Shown here piece by piece: positions 21,913 to 32,166 of a stretch of DNA of 64,000 nucleotides. The DNA comes from an uncultured delta proteobacterium (GTDB lineage Bacteria > Desulfobacterota > Binatia > UBA9968). The notes beneath the pieces were generated by a model. The model did no database searches. It was given only the letters and a program-made list of their open reading frames with translations, and was not told where the DNA came from. The stretch covers positions 32,001 to 96,000 of the forward strand of contig CAVSHR010000003.1 in the NCBI GenBank assembly GCA_963727625.1. Direction: 5' to 3'. How positions within the stretch are numbered: position 1 is the first letter of the stretch; each line of letters begins with the position of its first letter. Position numbers and translations under genes: made by a program.

Positions 21913-23115
21913 TTAACTCTTCTCTGTTCTTCCCAACAGCCGCCAAAAGGTCAGGACAGTCAAAGTCATCGAAGCCACCGAGGTCAGCGCCAAACCATGG
22001 GCGGCACCGAAGGCCGCTACGCAGGCGCCCATCACCACCGAGCCGAGCGAGCGCATACCTTGGTCCATGAGAAAAATGCTCATCACCCGGCCGAGTAACT
22101 CCCGCGGCGCTTCAATCTGAATAATCAGCCGGCTCACAGTGCGGAAAATAATCTGCATGCCGCCGAAGACACCGAGAACCAAGACCGATAGCCACTGGTG
22201 CCGCGAGAGGCAAAAAAGGATCAGCAGCGAGGGCGTGGCGAGGGCGGAAAACCAAAGCAGAGTTTGTCGGCTCCAGCGTTCTTGGAGCGAGCCCAGCACG
22301 ATGAGTGAGAACACCGCGCCGACCCCCGGTGCAGCCATGAGCAAGCCCATGCCGTCCGGACCAACGGCTAAAATGTCCTTGGCGAATACCGCGAGGAAAC
22401 GCGTATAGGTTCCGACAAAAATGCTGATGCCGTAGGCTGCGATGATGCTGGCTAGAATCACCGGCGCGCCGGCGATATAGTGAACGCCTTCCTTGAATTC
22501 GTTCAAGAGATTCCCTTCGCCGCTCGCCGGGGCGCTTGTCTTTAGACGCACGCCGAGCAACCCAAGAGCTGAGAGCAAAAGAGCTACACCGTAAAATAAC
22601 AGACAGCCGCCGACGCCGATCCAGATAATCAACACCCCGCCGATGGAGGGACCGACGATGCGGGCGAAATTAAAGCCGATGGAGTAGAGCGACACCGCGC
22701 TCATTAACTCCGCTTCGGGTACCAGGTCGCGCAGCATCGATTGTCCGGCGGTCGGATTCATGCTGCGCAGGGTCGACCATAGGGTTTCCAATGCCACCAT
22801 ATGCCAGAATTCCAGCCGGCCGAAAAAATAGAGGACAACGAGGCCAAACACCGGCACACAGCAGAGAAATTGAATTGCCGTGAGCAGGCGCAGCCGGTCA
22901 TAGCGGTCGACGATTACGCCGCCAACGGCGCCGAGCAAAAGGCGCGGCGCCGCCTCGCTGAAGCCGAGCAGGCCCAGCGCCCAAGCCGAACCCGTGATCT
23001 CGTAGGCGAGCCAGTAAAGCGCCACTTCGCGGACGAATTGACCGACCGAGGCGATTAAATCGCTGGACCAGAAGAGTGCGTAGTTCTTGTGCCGCAGCGG
23101 CTGGAAGACGCGAAT
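21913..23115 (-). CDS. MFS transporter (DHA3/MFS_3-like); start uncertain, possibly ATT at 23115
   Basis: Hydrophobic helices, GVIVDRYDR motif, LLGRVMS. The conserved PLRHKNYALFW N-terminus lies upstream of the first GTG (23025). Confidence 0.85.
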   Translation of the reverse strand: MRVFQPLRHKNYALFWSSDLIASVGQFVREVALYWLAYEITGSAWALGLLGFSEAAPRLLLGAVGGVIVDRYDRLRLLTAIQFLCCVPVFGLVVLYFFGRLEFWHMVALETLWSTLRSMNPTAGQSMLRDLVPEAELMSAVSLYSIGFNFARIVGPSIGGVLIIWIGVGGCLLFYGVALLLSALGLLGVRLKTSAPASGEGNLLNEFKEGVHYIAGAPVILASIIAAYGISIFVGTYTRFLAVFAKDILAVGPDGMGLLMAAPGVGAVFSLIVLGSLQERWSRQTLLWFSALATPSLLILFCLSRHQWLSVLVLGVFGGMQIIFRTVSRLIIQIEAPRELLGRVMSIFLMDQGMRSLGSVVMGACVAAFGAAHGLALTSVASMTLTVLTFWRLLGRTEKS

Positions 23116-23380
23116 GAGAATGCTCCGTAAAAAATTTGGCGGCTTGCCGAAAAAATCGCCCGGTTATCCGCATGTGGACAACAATGAAGCGCGCACGATT
23201 TTCGTTTCCTAGCGCTTGAACCGGCCGCCGAACTTGTTGAGGATTAGGAAAGAGCTCTTTGGACAACCTGTCGGAGTCGTTCCGGCAAACAGCCCGATAT
23301 ATATACCGATCACAGCCGGCTGCCTAGTGCCGGCTTTACGCTTTGCGGCTTTTTTGCTTAGATTGGCATCAATTCGGCCT

Positions 23381-24184
23381 ATGTTGATCACTTTAACCAC
23401 CGACTTCGGCCTTAACGATTCTTTCGTCGGCATAATGAAGGGTGTGATCGCGCGGATTAATCCGCAAGTCCATGTGATCGATTTGACCCATGGCATTCCG
23501 GCTCAGGATATCTTGGCCGGCGCTTTAACCCTGCGCCATTCGATTGCCTATTTTCCGGCCGGGACCATCCATATCGCCGTCATCGATCCTGGCGTCGGCG
23601 GCGCGCGCCGGCCGTTGTTGATCGAATCCAACGGTCTTTACTTCATCGGCCCGGACAACGGCGTATTGAGTTTGGCGGTCGGTAATTCCATTCCCGCCCG
23701 GATCGTGCAACTCTCCAATCCCGCTTACCATCTGCAACCGACCAGTGCGACATTTCACGGGCGGGATATCTTCGCGCCCGCGGCTGCTCATCTATCGCGC
23801 GGCGTACCGCCCGCTGAGTTCGGCGAAACAGTAGCCAGTTTCGTCAAGCTGCCGCTTCCCGGAGTCGTTCGCACGGTAAGCGCGCTGGGCGGCGAAGTAA
23901 TTTACATCGACAAATTCGGCAATCTGTTTACAAATATTGAGGAGCATGATTTGACTGGGTTGGCAAGAGATCATATGGACATCGCCTTGGCGGGTCTACG
24001 TATCCGGGGCGTTGCCGCCAATTATGCCGCCGGTGGTACCGGCGAGTTCGTCGCCGTCCTGAATAGTTGGGGATTTTTAGAAATCGCCGTGGACAAAGGC
24101 AATGCAGCCGAACGCACGGGCGCGAAGGTCGGTGATAAGGTTAAAGTTACTTTTGAAAATGACAGCGCCGGAGGGCAGCCATGA
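23381..24184 (+). CDS. SAM hydroxide adenosyltransferase / chlorinase-fluorinase family (DUF62)
   Basis: [42 protein letters not shown]. Confidence 0.92.
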   Translation: MLITLTTDFGLNDSFVGIMKGVIARINPQVHVIDLTHGIPAQDILAGALTLRHSIAYFPAGTIHIAVIDPGVGGARRPLLIESNGLYFIGPDNGVLSLAVGNSIPARIVQLSNPAYHLQPTSATFHGRDIFAPAAAHLSRGVPPAEFGETVASFVKLPLPGVVRTVSALGGEVIYIDKFGNLFTNIEEHDLTGLARDHMDIALAGLRIRGVAANYAAGGTGEFVAVLNSWGFLEIAVDKGNAAERTGAKVGDKVKVTFENDSAGGQP

Positions 24185-24642
24185 GCCAACGCCTAAGCTG
24201 GGATCAATATTTCATGACCATCACACAACAAGTGGCCGAGCGCTCGACTTGCACCCGGGCCAAGGTGGGCGCAGTCATCGTGCGCGATAAGAACATACTC
24301 GCCACCGGTTATAACGGCGCCCCGGCCGGCATGCCCCACTGCACCGACGTCGGCTGCCTGATTTATGAATCCAAAACCCCCAACGGGGACACCGAGCAAA
24401 ACTGCTTCCGCACCATCCACGCGGAGATGAACGCGATTGCCCAGGCGGCCAAAAACGGCGCGAGCATCAAGGACGGCGCGATTTACATCACCCACACTCC
24501 GTGCATCCACTGCCTCAAAGTATTGGTCAACACGGGAATCAAAGAAATTTACTACGAGAAGCCTTACAAGTTGCACACCCTGGACGAGTTGTTGCGCTAC
24601 ACTCAAGTGCATCTGTACAAAGTTGAATTGCCGATAAAATGA
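24181..24642 (+). CDS. dCMP deaminase (ComEB family)
   Basis: RSTC, TGYNG, HAEMNA, PCIHC zinc-deaminase motifs. Confidence 0.93.
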   Translation: MSQRLSWDQYFMTITQQVAERSTCTRAKVGAVIVRDKNILATGYNGAPAGMPHCTDVGCLIYESKTPNGDTEQNCFRTIHAEMNAIAQAAKNGASIKDGAIYITHTPCIHCLKVLVNTGIKEIYYEKPYKLHTLDELLRYTQVHLYKVELPIK

Positions 24643-24673
24643 AAGGGCGGGAAGATTTCTCCCCCCGCCCCTT
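24643..24673. terminator. Probable bidirectional terminator between dCMP deaminase and atpE
   Basis: AAGGGCGGG...CCCGCCCCTT hairpin between convergent genes. Confidence 0.6.
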
Positions 24674-24694
24674 GTTAAGATCCTCGGCGAATCG

Positions 24695-25021
24695 CTAAAT
24701 TTTACCTGTTAAGATAATTGCGATAACGAAGCCGTAAAGCGCCAGCGCTTCGAGCAACGCTAAGGTCAGAACCAACGGCAAGAAAAGCTTATCAGCCGCG
24801 TTCGGGTTGCGGCCGATGCTTTCCATCGCCGACGCGCCGACCCGTCCTTGGCCCAACGCGGCGCCAAAGGCGGCAATAGCGACGGCAACGCCGGCGGATA
24901 TAGCGATCGCGACGCTCTTTTGCGAATCGCCTCCGGCGGCAGCACCCTCAGCAGCCATGGCCAAACCTGCGGCCAGCACGCCCGTGAAAAGTGTGCCGAA
25001 AAACACCATCAGTCTTTTCAT
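24695..25021 (-). CDS. atpE: ATP synthase F0 subunit c with N-terminal extension
   Basis: GAALGQG, IGRNP loop, LLEALALY conserved Glu. Confidence 0.95.
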   Translation of the reverse strand: MKRLMVFFGTLFTGVLAAGLAMAAEGAAAGGDSQKSVAIAISAGVAVAIAAFGAALGQGRVGASAMESIGRNPNAADKLFLPLVLTLALLEALALYGFVIAIILTGKI

Positions 25022-25092
25022 CTTCCTTCTCCTTTCCAGCGATTGATGCCTGCCGCTCCTCTGTCCTCATCCTCTGCCAATCGGCCCATCGC

Positions 25093-25887
25093 TTAGTGCT
25101 GTGATGGATGTGCGTCCTGACCATGCTCTTCATCGTGACCGTGGCTAATCGCCAGGGCGACGTAGATCATGCTCAATAACATAAATACAAAGGCCTGAAT
25201 GACCGACACCAGCGTCCCCATTATGTAAAAAAACACGGGAACAACAACTTTTGTCAGGCCGATAAATGCGCCGATGACCTCGTGGTCACCCATCATGTTG
25301 CCGAAAAGACGTAAAGAGAGCGAAACCGGCCTAAAACCGTGGGAGAAAGCCTCTAGAACAAAGAAAAACATCATCGAAATTAGCAGTACGGGCAGGAACA
25401 ATGCTTTTGCGATGAAGCTCTGGCCTGGAAGACTGGTCATCGGACCGAGAAAATGCTTCAAGTAACCCGAGCGCTGCTCGCGAACGCCGATAAGGTTGTA
25501 ACCGATGAATGATACGATAGCCAGTCCCAGGGTCGTGTTGAGATTGCTCGTCGGCGCGCTAAAACCCGGAAGCAAGCCACTGAGATTGGCAAACAGGATA
25601 AAAAAGAAAAAGGTCCCGAAGTATGGGACGTACTTGCGCCCTTGCTTGCCGATGATCGCATCACTCTGCCGCACCACCACGAACTCGAGCAAAAGCTCGG
25701 CAATGTTACGGGCGCCCAAACCCTCGGCCGGTACGATTGGGTCGACTGCCTTCAAAAGCGAAGCACGGGCCGCCAAAGCGAACCAGAGCAAGAGCAGCGC
25801 AACCACGACGGCAAAAAATGTGTGATCGCCAACCACGTGCTGGAAACCCTCGGGCAACAAATTATACCAGGTAAATGGATGTTCCAT
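25093..25887 (-). CDS. atpB: ATP synthase F0 subunit a
   Basis: PTSNLNTT, RPVSLSLRLFGNM, IQAFVF..LS..Y. Confidence 0.96.
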   Translation of the reverse strand: MEHPFTWYNLLPEGFQHVVGDHTFFAVVVALLLLWFALAARASLLKAVDPIVPAEGLGARNIAELLLEFVVVRQSDAIIGKQGRKYVPYFGTFFFFILFANLSGLLPGFSAPTSNLNTTLGLAIVSFIGYNLIGVREQRSGYLKHFLGPMTSLPGQSFIAKALFLPVLLISMMFFFVLEAFSHGFRPVSLSLRLFGNMMGDHEVIGAFIGLTKVVVPVFFYIMGTLVSVIQAFVFMLLSMIYVALAISHGHDEEHGQDAHPSQH

Positions 25888-25894
25888 TATTATT

Positions 25895-26272
25895 CTAGGT
25901 CTCCGCTTTAACGGATTTTCGAATCGCTTCGAGAAAGATCGCCACAATCAACGTTGAAAAGCCGATGGAAAATGAGACCGCGTCAAGATCAAAACGATAC
26001 AATAAAGTCGCAAGCAACCCTAAAAAAATTACAATCTTGAGAACCAGTAAGCTTATACCCGCTTTAACCCGGCCCTTTCCCGCGAGCGGAGTCAGCACCC
26101 AAGCGACGCCGAAGCTCAGCAAGAAGAAGTTTACGCCCATGAACAGTCCGCCGACCACAAGCGCGGTCGGATCAACGAGGCGGGTCCGGCCGATCGTCGC
26201 GAGCATGATGAGCAGCAATAGTCCATGCCACAGCTCAACCCGCATTATCATTTTTCTCGCTGCGGTTTCCAC
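25895..26272 (-). CDS. atpI: ATP synthase protein I-like membrane protein
   Basis: Four-TM small protein directly upstream of atpB. Confidence 0.7.
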   Translation of the reverse strand: METAARKMIMRVELWHGLLLLIMLATIGRTRLVDPTALVVGGLFMGVNFFLLSFGVAWVLTPLAGKGRVKAGISLLVLKIVIFLGLLATLLYRFDLDAVSFSIGFSTLIVAIFLEAIRKSVKAET

Positions 26273-26522
26273 TACGCTTGTCTGCGAAATATCGCGCCCA
26301 CCGAACCAATCTCACAAACGCCCCGACGAAGGCTAACGCGGTGCACGTGATGAGAAACCAGGGAGAACTGCCGAAGTACAAATCTGCGTAATAACCGACC
26401 ACGAGGCCGCCAAGTATGGTGCCTGGTAACTCGAAAGCTACTCCTACATATAATCCCGCTCGGCGCAGGAAGGGAGTTTGATTCTTTTGCCGGCTATTGG
26501 GGCGGCCCCCAATTTTTCCCAC
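26235..26522 (-). CDS. AtpZ/AtpI family protein
   Basis: GLVVGYYADLYFGSSPWF matches the G..lG..lD..f.t.Pw pattern; first gene of the F0 operon. Confidence 0.8.
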   Translation of the reverse strand: MGKIGGRPNSRQKNQTPFLRRAGLYVGVAFELPGTILGGLVVGYYADLYFGSSPWFLITCTALAFVGAFVRLVRWARYFADKRSGNRSEKNDNAG

Positions 26523-26556
26523 TGGGCTAAGTTTCTAGCATGAAGGTCTGTAGGGG

Positions 26557-27843
26557 TCAATCTTGGGTTGCTGTTCTAGCCCAATCCTCAAAGGCGGATA
26601 TCGTCTTGTCCAGATCCGCGTTTGAGTGAGCTAGAGAGACAAACATGGCTTCGAAGGGCGACGGTGGGAGATAGACCCCACGCTTCAGCATGGCGTGAAA
26701 ATAGCGCGCAAATGTTTTACGATCGCATTGCCGTGCAGCGTCGGGGCTCTCGACCCGCTCGACGCCAAAAAACAATGTCATCATGGAGCCGACACGGTTG
26801 AGCGCCGCCTTGATGGCGTATTTACCAAGGACGGTACGAAAGCCGTTTTCGAGCCGGCGTGCCTTGCTCTCGAGCTTTTGATAGGTTCCGGGTCGGGCCA
26901 ATTGTTCCAGCGTCGCCAAGCCGGCCGCCACGGCGAGCGGGTTGCCGGAAAGTGTTCCGGCTTGGTAGACAGGTCCCGATGGCGCCAGCATGTTCATGAT
27001 TCGGCGTTTTCCGCCAAAAGCGGCCAGAGGTATCCCGCCGCCAAGGATTTTACCCAGACAGGTGAGATCCGGCGAGATGCCAAAAAGATTCTGCGCGCCT
27101 CCGAGCCCAAGACGAAAACCGGTAATGACCTCATCGAAGATCAGCAGCGCGCCGTGCTTTAAAGTGATTTCCCTTAGCGCTTTGAGAAAACCCGGCTTGG
27201 GAGCAATCACCCCCATGTTGCCGCACACCGGTTCGACAATAAGCGCAGCGACATTCTTACCATGTTTAGAAAAAACTTTTTGCAGGGATGTAATGTCGTT
27301 GTAACTAGCTGTCAACGTTTCGCGGGCAAAACCGTCCGGCACGCCTGGACTATCTGGAAGCCCCAGGGTGGCAATGCCGGAACCGGCTTTGACAAGCAAG
27401 CTGTCCGAGTGACCGTGATAGCAACCGTCAAATTTGACGATCTTGGTTCGTCCCGTAAATGCGCGGGCAAGACGGATCGCGCTCATGGTTGCTTCCGTGC
27501 CGGAGCTGACCATGCGCAACATCGTTATCGACGGCATGAGCTGCGTCACTTTTTCCGCTAAGCGCACCTCGCCGGCGGTGGGCGCGCCGAAGGTGAACCC
27601 TCGCGCGGCGCATTGGCGCACCCTTTGGACGATCTTCGGGTGCGCATGGCCGAGGATGAGCGGTCCCCAGGAGCCGACGAAATCGATATAGCGTTTGCCG
27701 TCGGCGTCGAAAATGTAACTTCCCTTTCCACGGTCGATGATCAGAGGGTTGCCGCCGACTGCTTTCCACGCGCGCACCGGACTGTTGACGCCGCCGGAAA
27801 TCTTTCGTTCAGCGCGTCGAAAAATATTTTTTGAGCGGGACAT
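26557..27843 (-). CDS. hemL: Glutamate-1-semialdehyde 2,1-aminomutase
   Basis: GGVNSPVRA, SGTEATMSAIR, YHGH, FDEVITGFR, GKILGGG, YQAGTLSGNP. Confidence 0.97.
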   Translation of the reverse strand: MSRSKNIFRRAERKISGGVNSPVRAWKAVGGNPLIIDRGKGSYIFDADGKRYIDFVGSWGPLILGHAHPKIVQRVRQCAARGFTFGAPTAGEVRLAEKVTQLMPSITMLRMVSSGTEATMSAIRLARAFTGRTKIVKFDGCYHGHSDSLLVKAGSGIATLGLPDSPGVPDGFARETLTASYNDITSLQKVFSKHGKNVAALIVEPVCGNMGVIAPKPGFLKALREITLKHGALLIFDEVITGFRLGLGGAQNLFGISPDLTCLGKILGGGIPLAAFGGKRRIMNMLAPSGPVYQAGTLSGNPLAVAAGLATLEQLARPGTYQKLESKARRLENGFRTVLGKYAIKAALNRVGSMMTLFFGVERVESPDAARQCDRKTFARYFHAMLKRGVYLPPSPFEAMFVSLAHSNADLDKTISAFEDWARTATQD

Positions 27844-28402
27844 AGTTTAGGAGATGGTGCTAACATCGAGATTGTGCACTGTCAACATCATCATTAAATC
27901 ACCGATCGTGGCGTTTCATGAACCCTGGGGCGTTTAGCGCCGCGCTAAATTGTTTACAGTACTTGTCTAATATTGAACGGAAATCTGCGCCTAGATTAGA
28001 AAAACTGCCGGAAAGTTGAGGGAAGCATTGGACAGGCACTGTAAGTGACCACGGCGACCGGGGTCGCTACGCTGCGAATGGGAGTTGGCGATCTTGTCTT
28101 TGTCTTTAGGCCGCGCCGAATATTTCGTACGAGAATGAGCCACTACAAATTGACTAGAAAAACATTTCGTGGTGCTTTTTTTCTTGCAATGATTTTCGAA
28201 AAGGACTATTTAAAACTCTTCCGAATTCTTGCGCGCGTAACCTATCATTTTTATCTGACAGGACACGAAAAAGTTGCCACGACATTTCTTGGCGAAAACT
28301 TTTTTCCGCGTGCGGTGCGAAGTCGATAATTTTCACAGCCAGCGATCAAATCAGGCTAGACAAAATTTCAGGCAAAAGTGTTAAACAAAACTGATTTTAA
28401 AG

Positions 28403-28422
28403 TTATCCACAGCTGTGGATAA
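28403..28422. promoter_or_regulatory. Inverted pair of perfect DnaA boxes upstream of dnaA
   Basis: TTATCCACA-GC-TGTGGATAA in an AT-rich intergenic region. Confidence 0.9.
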
Positions 28423-28483
28423 CATTGTTTGTAACTATTGTCCCTTTTTATTCCAATTGTTCGCTAGCTTAGCGGTATCGATC

Positions 28484-29818
28484 ATGAATAACCTGTGGCC
28501 GGAAACTGTATTGGAAATCAAGGAGAAAATCGGCAAGCAAAACTTCGAGACCTGGATTGCACCGATTCGCTTCGTGGCGAAGAACAAAAGCGAGGTACTT
28601 CTCGAAGTGCCGAATAAATTTTTTCGCGACTGGCTTACCGAGCATTACCTCGGCACGCTCGAGCATAGTTTGAGCGCGACGACGAAGCAGGAGATCAAAG
28701 TAGTTTTTCAGGTTAATGAACGAGTGACAAAGCCCCTGAACCTGGAAAAGCAAACCAAAAAAGAAGAAAAAGAACACGAGCGGCCGCAGCGCACCAGCAA
28801 TCTGATCCAAAAATATACCTTTAGTAATTTCGTGATCGGTGCCAGTAATCAATTTGCCCATGCGGCCAGCGTTGCGGTGGCAAACCAGCCTGGCGACAGT
28901 TATAATCCGCTGTTTATTTATGGCGGCGTTGGCTTGGGAAAGACACACCTGGTTAATGCCATCGGCCACCAAGCTACGACACAACGGCCCGGCTTGAAAG
29001 TCGTTTACTTGAGCTCGGAATCATTCATGAACGAATTGATCGCGTCGCTCCGCCGCGACAAGATGGACGAATTCAAGAGAAAATTCCGGAACGTGGATAT
29101 TTTAATTGTCGACGATGTGCAATTTATCGCCGGGAAAGAACGCACCCAGGAAGAATTTTTTCACACCTTTAACTCGCTCTATGAGTCACATAAGCAGATT
29201 GTCATTACCTCGGACAAATTTCCCAAGGAAATCCCCGGTATCGAGGATCGGCTGAGAAACCGCTTCGAGTGGGGCCTAATCGCCGACATTCAGCCGCCCG
29301 ACATGGAAACCCGAGTCGCGATCTTGCAAAAAAAGGCCGAGGATGAAGGTGTCAAGCTACCTCACGACGTCGCGATCTTCCTAGCTTCAAACATCGATTC
29401 CAACGTCCGCGAGTTGGAAGGATCGCTCACTCGTCTCGGCGCCTTCGGCTCGCTGACCAAAGCGACGATCACTATCGACCTGGCAAAAGACGTTCTGCGC
29501 AATACTTTGAACTGGGCAAAGAGAGAAATAACAGTTGAAAATATTCAGAAAATGACCTGCGACTACTTCAATATTAAGCTGGGCGACCTAAAGGCAAAAA
29601 GACGCACGCAAAACATCGCCTTACCGCGCCAAGTCGCCATGTATCTCTGCCGCAAGTACACAGAGACATCCTTTCCCGCGATCGGCGACAAGTTCGGCGG
29701 TCGCGATCATTCGACGGTCATCCACGCGTCGAAAACCATCGAAAGAAAAATTAAAGAAGATCCGCATATGCAGACCACCATCGAAAAACTCGAAAGGAAT
29801 CTAAACATTCGCAAGTAG
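28484..29818 (+). CDS. dnaA: Chromosomal replication initiator DnaA
   Basis: YNPLFIYGGVGLGKTHL, DDVQF, QEEFFHTFN, RELEG, GGRDHSTVIH; start at MNNLW. Confidence 0.98.
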   Translation: MNNLWPETVLEIKEKIGKQNFETWIAPIRFVAKNKSEVLLEVPNKFFRDWLTEHYLGTLEHSLSATTKQEIKVVFQVNERVTKPLNLEKQTKKEEKEHERPQRTSNLIQKYTFSNFVIGASNQFAHAASVAVANQPGDSYNPLFIYGGVGLGKTHLVNAIGHQATTQRPGLKVVYLSSESFMNELIASLRRDKMDEFKRKFRNVDILIVDDVQFIAGKERTQEEFFHTFNSLYESHKQIVITSDKFPKEIPGIEDRLRNRFEWGLIADIQPPDMETRVAILQKKAEDEGVKLPHDVAIFLASNIDSNVRELEGSLTRLGAFGSLTKATITIDLAKDVLRNTLNWAKREITVENIQKMTCDYFNIKLGDLKAKRRTQNIALPRQVAMYLCRKYTETSFPAIGDKFGGRDHSTVIHASKTIERKIKEDPHMQTTIEKLERNLNIRK

Positions 29819-30052
29819 CTGTGCATAAGTTGTGATTAATAGATCATTCTGGTGTGAATGATTGGGCATTTCTTTCGCGTTGATCTGGTCAAGGTTGAAA
29901 AGAGACCAAAGTCAGTAAAATAAACCACAGACTAGCTACGCGTTTTTTTTCGCAAAACCTGCCTTTTCCGCCTTATTCACACCCTCTACTATTACTCTTG
30001 GAATTTATATATATTCAAAGTGATAATAGCTGTAGAGAGGAAATGAGGAAGT
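29819..30052. other. Replication origin oriC unwinding region (DnaA boxes + DnaA-trios)
   Basis: Box-like TGTGCATAA (29820), TGTGATTAA (29831) and TGTGAATGA (29853). TTATTCACA (29973) is followed by CCCT and CTACTATTACT trios, then an AT-rich tract. Confidence 0.8.
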
Positions 30053-31159
30053 ATGGAAATTAAAGCCAAGCGGGAGGGGCTTCTCGCCACGCTTTATTGG
30101 ACTCAGAGCATCGTCGAACGGCGCAACACCATGCCGATTCTCGCCAACGTCTTGTTCGAGGCCGTCAAAGGATCGATTCGCGTTACCGCTACGGATTTGG
30201 AAGTTGGTGTCAGGGGAGAAATTGACGGCGATGTCGCAAAAGAGGGTACGATAACCGTCAACGCTAAGAAGATCTTCGAAATAATCCGCGAAGTTCCTAA
30301 CGACCAAGTGCAAATAAAACGCTTGGAAAACGACTGGGTAGAAATTCGCAGCGGCAAATCGGTGTTTAAAATCGTCGGCATCGATGCCAAGGAGTTTCCT
30401 CAGTTTCCGAAATTCGATAGCAATGCACTGTCATCTACTCCCGCATCGACGATTCGCGAAATGATCGAGCGCACGCTTTTTTCCGTTTCGACGGATGAAA
30501 CGCGCTACAGTTTGAACGGCGTGCTTGTCGAACAGGGCGACGGCGGCAAGATCAGAATGGTAGCTACTGACGGCCACCGCCTAGCGTTTGAGGAAAGGTC
30601 GGTGGGCTCCTTCGGCTTGACCAAAGGGGTAATCCTGCCGCGTAAGGGATTAGCGGAATTAAAAAAGCTCTTGGAAGACGGCGCCGACGGTGCCGTGTCG
30701 CTTGGTTTCGTGGAAAACATGGGGCTGGTAACTAAGGATAAGATAGAGCTATTTATGCGTCTTATCGACGGCGATTTTCCCGATTACACTAAGGTGATTC
30801 CAAAAGGGAATCCGAGCATCGTCAAACTGGAGCATGACGAGTTGCTCCAGGCTTTGCGTCGCGTGTCTATTTTGTCGAGTGAACGGTATAAGGGCATTCG
30901 CATGGAGTTTAGCGACGGCAAAGTGGCTATCTCTGCGAACAACCCGGACTTAGGCGAGGCGGTAGAGGAAATTGAGGCTGAATATAAAGGTAAGCCGCTG
31001 TCAATCGGCTTTAATGCGCGCTATTTGATCGATGTCTTGGGAGTTTTGGGCGGCGGTGGCGAAATTGATATCGAGCTCAAAGACGAGCTGAGCCCAAGCG
31101 TAATTCGCAAGGCCGGCGTAGACAGCTACCTTTATGTTTTAATGCCAATGAGACTTTAA
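30053..31159 (+). CDS. dnaN: DNA polymerase III beta sliding clamp
   Basis: RNTMPILANVL, ATDLE, ATDGHRL, GFNARYL, C-terminal LMPMRL. Confidence 0.98.
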   Translation: MEIKAKREGLLATLYWTQSIVERRNTMPILANVLFEAVKGSIRVTATDLEVGVRGEIDGDVAKEGTITVNAKKIFEIIREVPNDQVQIKRLENDWVEIRSGKSVFKIVGIDAKEFPQFPKFDSNALSSTPASTIREMIERTLFSVSTDETRYSLNGVLVEQGDGGKIRMVATDGHRLAFEERSVGSFGLTKGVILPRKGLAELKKLLEDGADGAVSLGFVENMGLVTKDKIELFMRLIDGDFPDYTKVIPKGNPSIVKLEHDELLQALRRVSILSSERYKGIRMEFSDGKVAISANNPDLGEAVEEIEAEYKGKPLSIGFNARYLIDVLGVLGGGGEIDIELKDELSPSVIRKAGVDSYLYVLMPMRL

Positions 31160-31215
31160 TGTTGAGTATAGCTGGCAAAAAAAAGATTAGTAATCCGCAA
31201 TAAGAATTAGCTTTT

Positions 31216-32079
31216 CTAGCTCCGGTACTTTGCGTCGAGCGCGTACTTTTTATCCAAGCCGACGATTTCGTTGAATTCATTGAACGGCATCAGCCGATCC
31301 AAAATCGCTAGAGTCGATCCATCTTTCCGCAAAGTCGTGTAAACATCGGTTAAAGATTTTGCCACCGAATAGAGCGGCGCCAAAGGCCAGACTACTAATT
31401 CGAAACCTAAATCCCTCAGCTCTTTCGGTCCCATCAGCGGTGTAACTCCGCGCTCCAGCATATTGGCGACCAGCGGCCCCGGCACTTCTCTAGCGATCTC
31501 TTTCATTTCCTCTTTTGATTCAGGTGCTTCAATAAACACTGCATCGGCGCCGGCGGCTTTGAAAGCGAGGCCGCGACGAATCGCCTCGGCAAGCCCTAGA
31601 GCCTGGCGCGAGTCGGTCCGCGCAACGATGAAAAAATCGCTCTTGCCCTTTGCGTCGACCGCTGCCCGCAGTTTCTTAAGTTGCTCATCGAGCGAAATGA
31701 CCTGCTTACCTTGCATATGGCCGCAACGTTTTGGCCAAACTTGATCTTCCAGAAACATCCCCGCCGCGCCGGCGCGGAGCAGTTCCTCAACGGTGCGAAT
31801 CACGTTGATCGAATTACCATAGCCGGTGTCGGCATCGACGATTACGGGCGTATCGACCACGGCGCAAATCCGTCGTGCTGCCGCGACCACTTCGGACTGA
31901 GTCAGCAAACCGAAATCCGGTTCACCGAGAAGCGTTGCCGACAGGCTGTAACCGGTGATGAAAATAACTTCGAAACCGGCGCGGTCGGCAATTTTTGCGC
32001 TCAGAGCGTCATAAACGCCTGGCATGATCAGCTGGCCATGCTCCTTCAAAGCCTGACGCACGAGCTGCGCTTTTTCCAT
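31216..32079 (-). CDS. Isocitrate lyase/PEP mutase family enzyme (methylisocitrate lyase-like)
   Basis: DADTGYG, EDQVWPKRCGH, ARTD, AGADAVF. Confidence 0.9.
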   Translation of the reverse strand: MEKAQLVRQALKEHGQLIMPGVYDALSAKIADRAGFEVIFITGYSLSATLLGEPDFGLLTQSEVVAAARRICAVVDTPVIVDADTGYGNSINVIRTVEELLRAGAAGMFLEDQVWPKRCGHMQGKQVISLDEQLKKLRAAVDAKGKSDFFIVARTDSRQALGLAEAIRRGLAFKAAGADAVFIEAPESKEEMKEIAREVPGPLVANMLERGVTPLMGPKELRDLGFELVVWPLAPLYSVAKSLTDVYTTLRKDGSTLAILDRLMPFNEFNEIVGLDKKYALDAKYRS

Positions 32080-32166
32080 ATTACCTCAACTATATTCGGT
32101 ACCCGCTATTGGGTTTTAAAACAGCATGATGCCCCGGATTACTTCGGTATCCGAACTCATTGCCTG

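Noticed and set aside
27900-28340. Possible rpmH or other small ORFs upstream of dnaA
   Set aside because: No MKRT-x-QP L34 signature found; the listed ORFs look like non-coding origin/promoter DNA.
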